From Iphione sp. A-MEVVRFRX5 (taxonomy: Eukaryota): DNA of 64,000 nucleotides. Shown piece by piece: positions 61,948 through 64,000 of the stretch (its first letter is position 1; each line of letters starts with the position of its first letter). Location: contig OZ320313.1 in the NCBI GenBank assembly GCA_976226885.1, forward strand, positions 67,642,001 to 67,706,000, given 5' to 3'. The translations under genes were made by a program, and so were the position numbers. Under the pieces are notes generated by a model. That model was given only the letters and a program-made list of their open reading frames with translations. It was not told where the DNA came from and made no database searches.

Positions 61948-64000
61948 GGGGACGGAGGGCAGGAGGCGACGGGCAGCCCTTAACTTTAGACCCAACCAAG
62001 CGGACCATTTTCCCGTGATTTAAGTTGTCATGAATGCCTTGGTATTTACTTCGATGGGGTTCCCCCTACTCAGCTTCAAGTCACCACGTGAAATGTTCAA
62101 ACAGGACACACACATCGGGGAAAGTAGGACGAAGCACCCACGTGGAAAACGCTAGTCGAACCCCCAGCGTTCCTTACCTTACGTATACATGTACATGTGT
62201 TTTTGACAGGTAGTAATTTAAACTCAGTTAAATCTGACAACGTTCAACCAAACAACACCTTATTTTCATAATCGCCTCTAATGGCCATGCAGATAAACGT
62301 CTCCTTTGCTGTATGTGTGTCTCTCATAGTTAAATTATGACCGGGGACACACCGCTAGTCCCATTCTTCCGTCGTTACTCATGCCATAATGCACCGGTGT
62401 TTCACACATCTCATTTCGGGAGGCTGCAATTTTCACTGACCCACTTCTGGCAGCGGGCATGCTGGTGTCCTCAGCGTCAGTCGAATGAGTTGTTGTTGTC
62501 CATCGAGCGGTTGCTGGTGTGACTTAACACATAACGAGCACCGGCGTGCGTATTAATGGTTGTCCGGACGACCAGCTTATAATGACCATCCCTCCCCATC
62601 CCCACCAAACACTCGCACATGTACACTCACGCACATACAGACCGAAATGCAACTGGCAGACAGTTCGGGCAGGCGGTCGTCGGGCGAAAGCGCGCTGTCT
62701 GTCTTCCTGTCTGGACCGTCCATTAAAACTCCGCCAGGGGGCGGTCATTTATCATGACGACCCCTGGCGGAGGTGACCCACAGACAGGCCAGACTGCCCA
62801 CCTCCCGCCATTGTCAACGCGCGTGGCCGAGCCGATTGCGCGGCGAGAAAATCTTCAAAGTCAATGATCAAATACACGATTCAATGACGCCCTCGCCGCT
62901 CAAACACCCGGCGGCTCTTTGATGTGAGGGCAACACTTAAAAAGCAATTGAAGGATTAATGCCTAATGTGGGAGGGGACGATTCCCCTCCTGATTTGTCT
63001 GGGTTTATTTTTGATGGGTTACTTTTTTTCATAATATGGAAGGGCAAACTGGCCATGACGCCCCTGGCCTTGTTATTCATTTGGTGAAGGGGCGAGCCAG
63101 ATGCCATGGACTCCCACGGCCAACGGCTGTTCGGGACACAGGCCACCAATGCATGAAGGGAGCAGAAGCAGGGCGTGCGCTCAAAAACATCCATTCAAAA
63201 AGTAATAAATCTGCGCGGTGACCGGCAAGCTAATTACCATAAAACACATAACGCCCTACATAGCCAGTTAAAGTTCATCGGTTATGTGAACTTTCCCTGG
63301 TTTCCAACGCAAACCCGAACGCACATCGATAGATAAATTACCTCTACTTCTACCTCAGAAAATATTGATCTAGAAATGCAATCTTTTAGCATATGTTTTC
63401 TGGCATCTAACAGAGGTTCCCTTTTTCGATCCTTCTTCTAAGTCTTTCATAAAAAGTAAAAGAAGCGTAATAAGTTAACTGTACGGGACAAAGTACATGT
63501 ATGCACATCATATCAAATTTCCAGGCTGCAGGACAGCAACCATACATTACCATCTGGCTGCCCTGCACTAAACTGTAGTCTGGGCTGATATCTCGCTTTC
63601 GAGGGAGAACCTGTCTTCTAGGAGCCTTTCCGTGACACAAGGACATGATTGCTCTAAGAACGCACGCTAGAAAAGTCATCTGCTCTACGGCTAGAACAAC
63701 TTCACATGTAACTCCTTCAAATTCACAGGGCATGGACTGGCAATGTACTGGCACAGTGACTGGTGGGGCTTTCGTAACCAGTGGGGCAGATAATGGCATC
63801 AAGGCTGGTAGGCCACTATTATTCTAATTTTCATGCTACAACTCTACGCCTCGTCATGCAATACGTTCGTATCGCTCGTAAATCGACATGACGCCATTTA
63901 TGCTGCATTTACGGACACCAATTTGTAAACAATGAGAACCGTGTGAACCACAGCCTGAAATCAGAATTGGACATTTAAAAAATTGCCGACAAAACATGAC

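Noticed and set aside
1-64000. Homeobox (WFQNRR, YPWM), conserved metazoan miRNAs, tRNA/rRNA genes
   Set aside because: Searched by eye from memory on both strands and none found; a formal Rfam/miRBase/HMMER scan is still needed.
1-64000. Remaining 60-170 aa ORFs in the six-frame track
   Set aside because: No recognisable motifs, many with GTG/TTG starts or spanning microsatellites or N runs; consistent with random ORFs in non-coding eukaryotic DNA.

Overview
Eukaryotic (animal) genomic DNA. It has two assembly gaps and many microsatellites, G/C homopolymer runs and TACATGTA-rich spacers. A marine invertebrate such as a cephalochordate is my guess, not shown. I find no clearly recognisable host protein-coding gene, RNA gene or CRISPR array, and most short six-frame ORFs look spurious. 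The dominant feature is an apparently intact, full-length CR1-group (CR1/L2/Crack-like) non-LTR retrotransposon on + at about 19952-24792. It has an SGNH-esterase ORF1, an uninterrupted APE-endonuclease/reverse-transcriptase ORF2, a 3' stem-loop, AATAAA, an A18 tail and a probable 12-bp target-site duplication. Also present are an old 5'-truncated LINE 3' end (about 16.7-17.4 kb), a TA-flanked Tc1/mariner(pogo)-type MITE (34626-35193) and a possible DIRS remnant. The most interesting unexplained signals are: (1) minus-strand acceptor sites whose AG is followed directly by a donor (AG|GT), the recursive-splice-site architecture, strongest at 9127/9126, suggesting the window lies in a long minus-strand intron; (2) an array of pyrimidine-looped hairpins with compensatory stem changes in the 858-bp ORF1-ORF2 spacer of the LINE; (3) an esterase-only ORF1 coupled by a TAATG stop-start overlap to a 30-aa basic uORF. 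All motif counts were made by eye.
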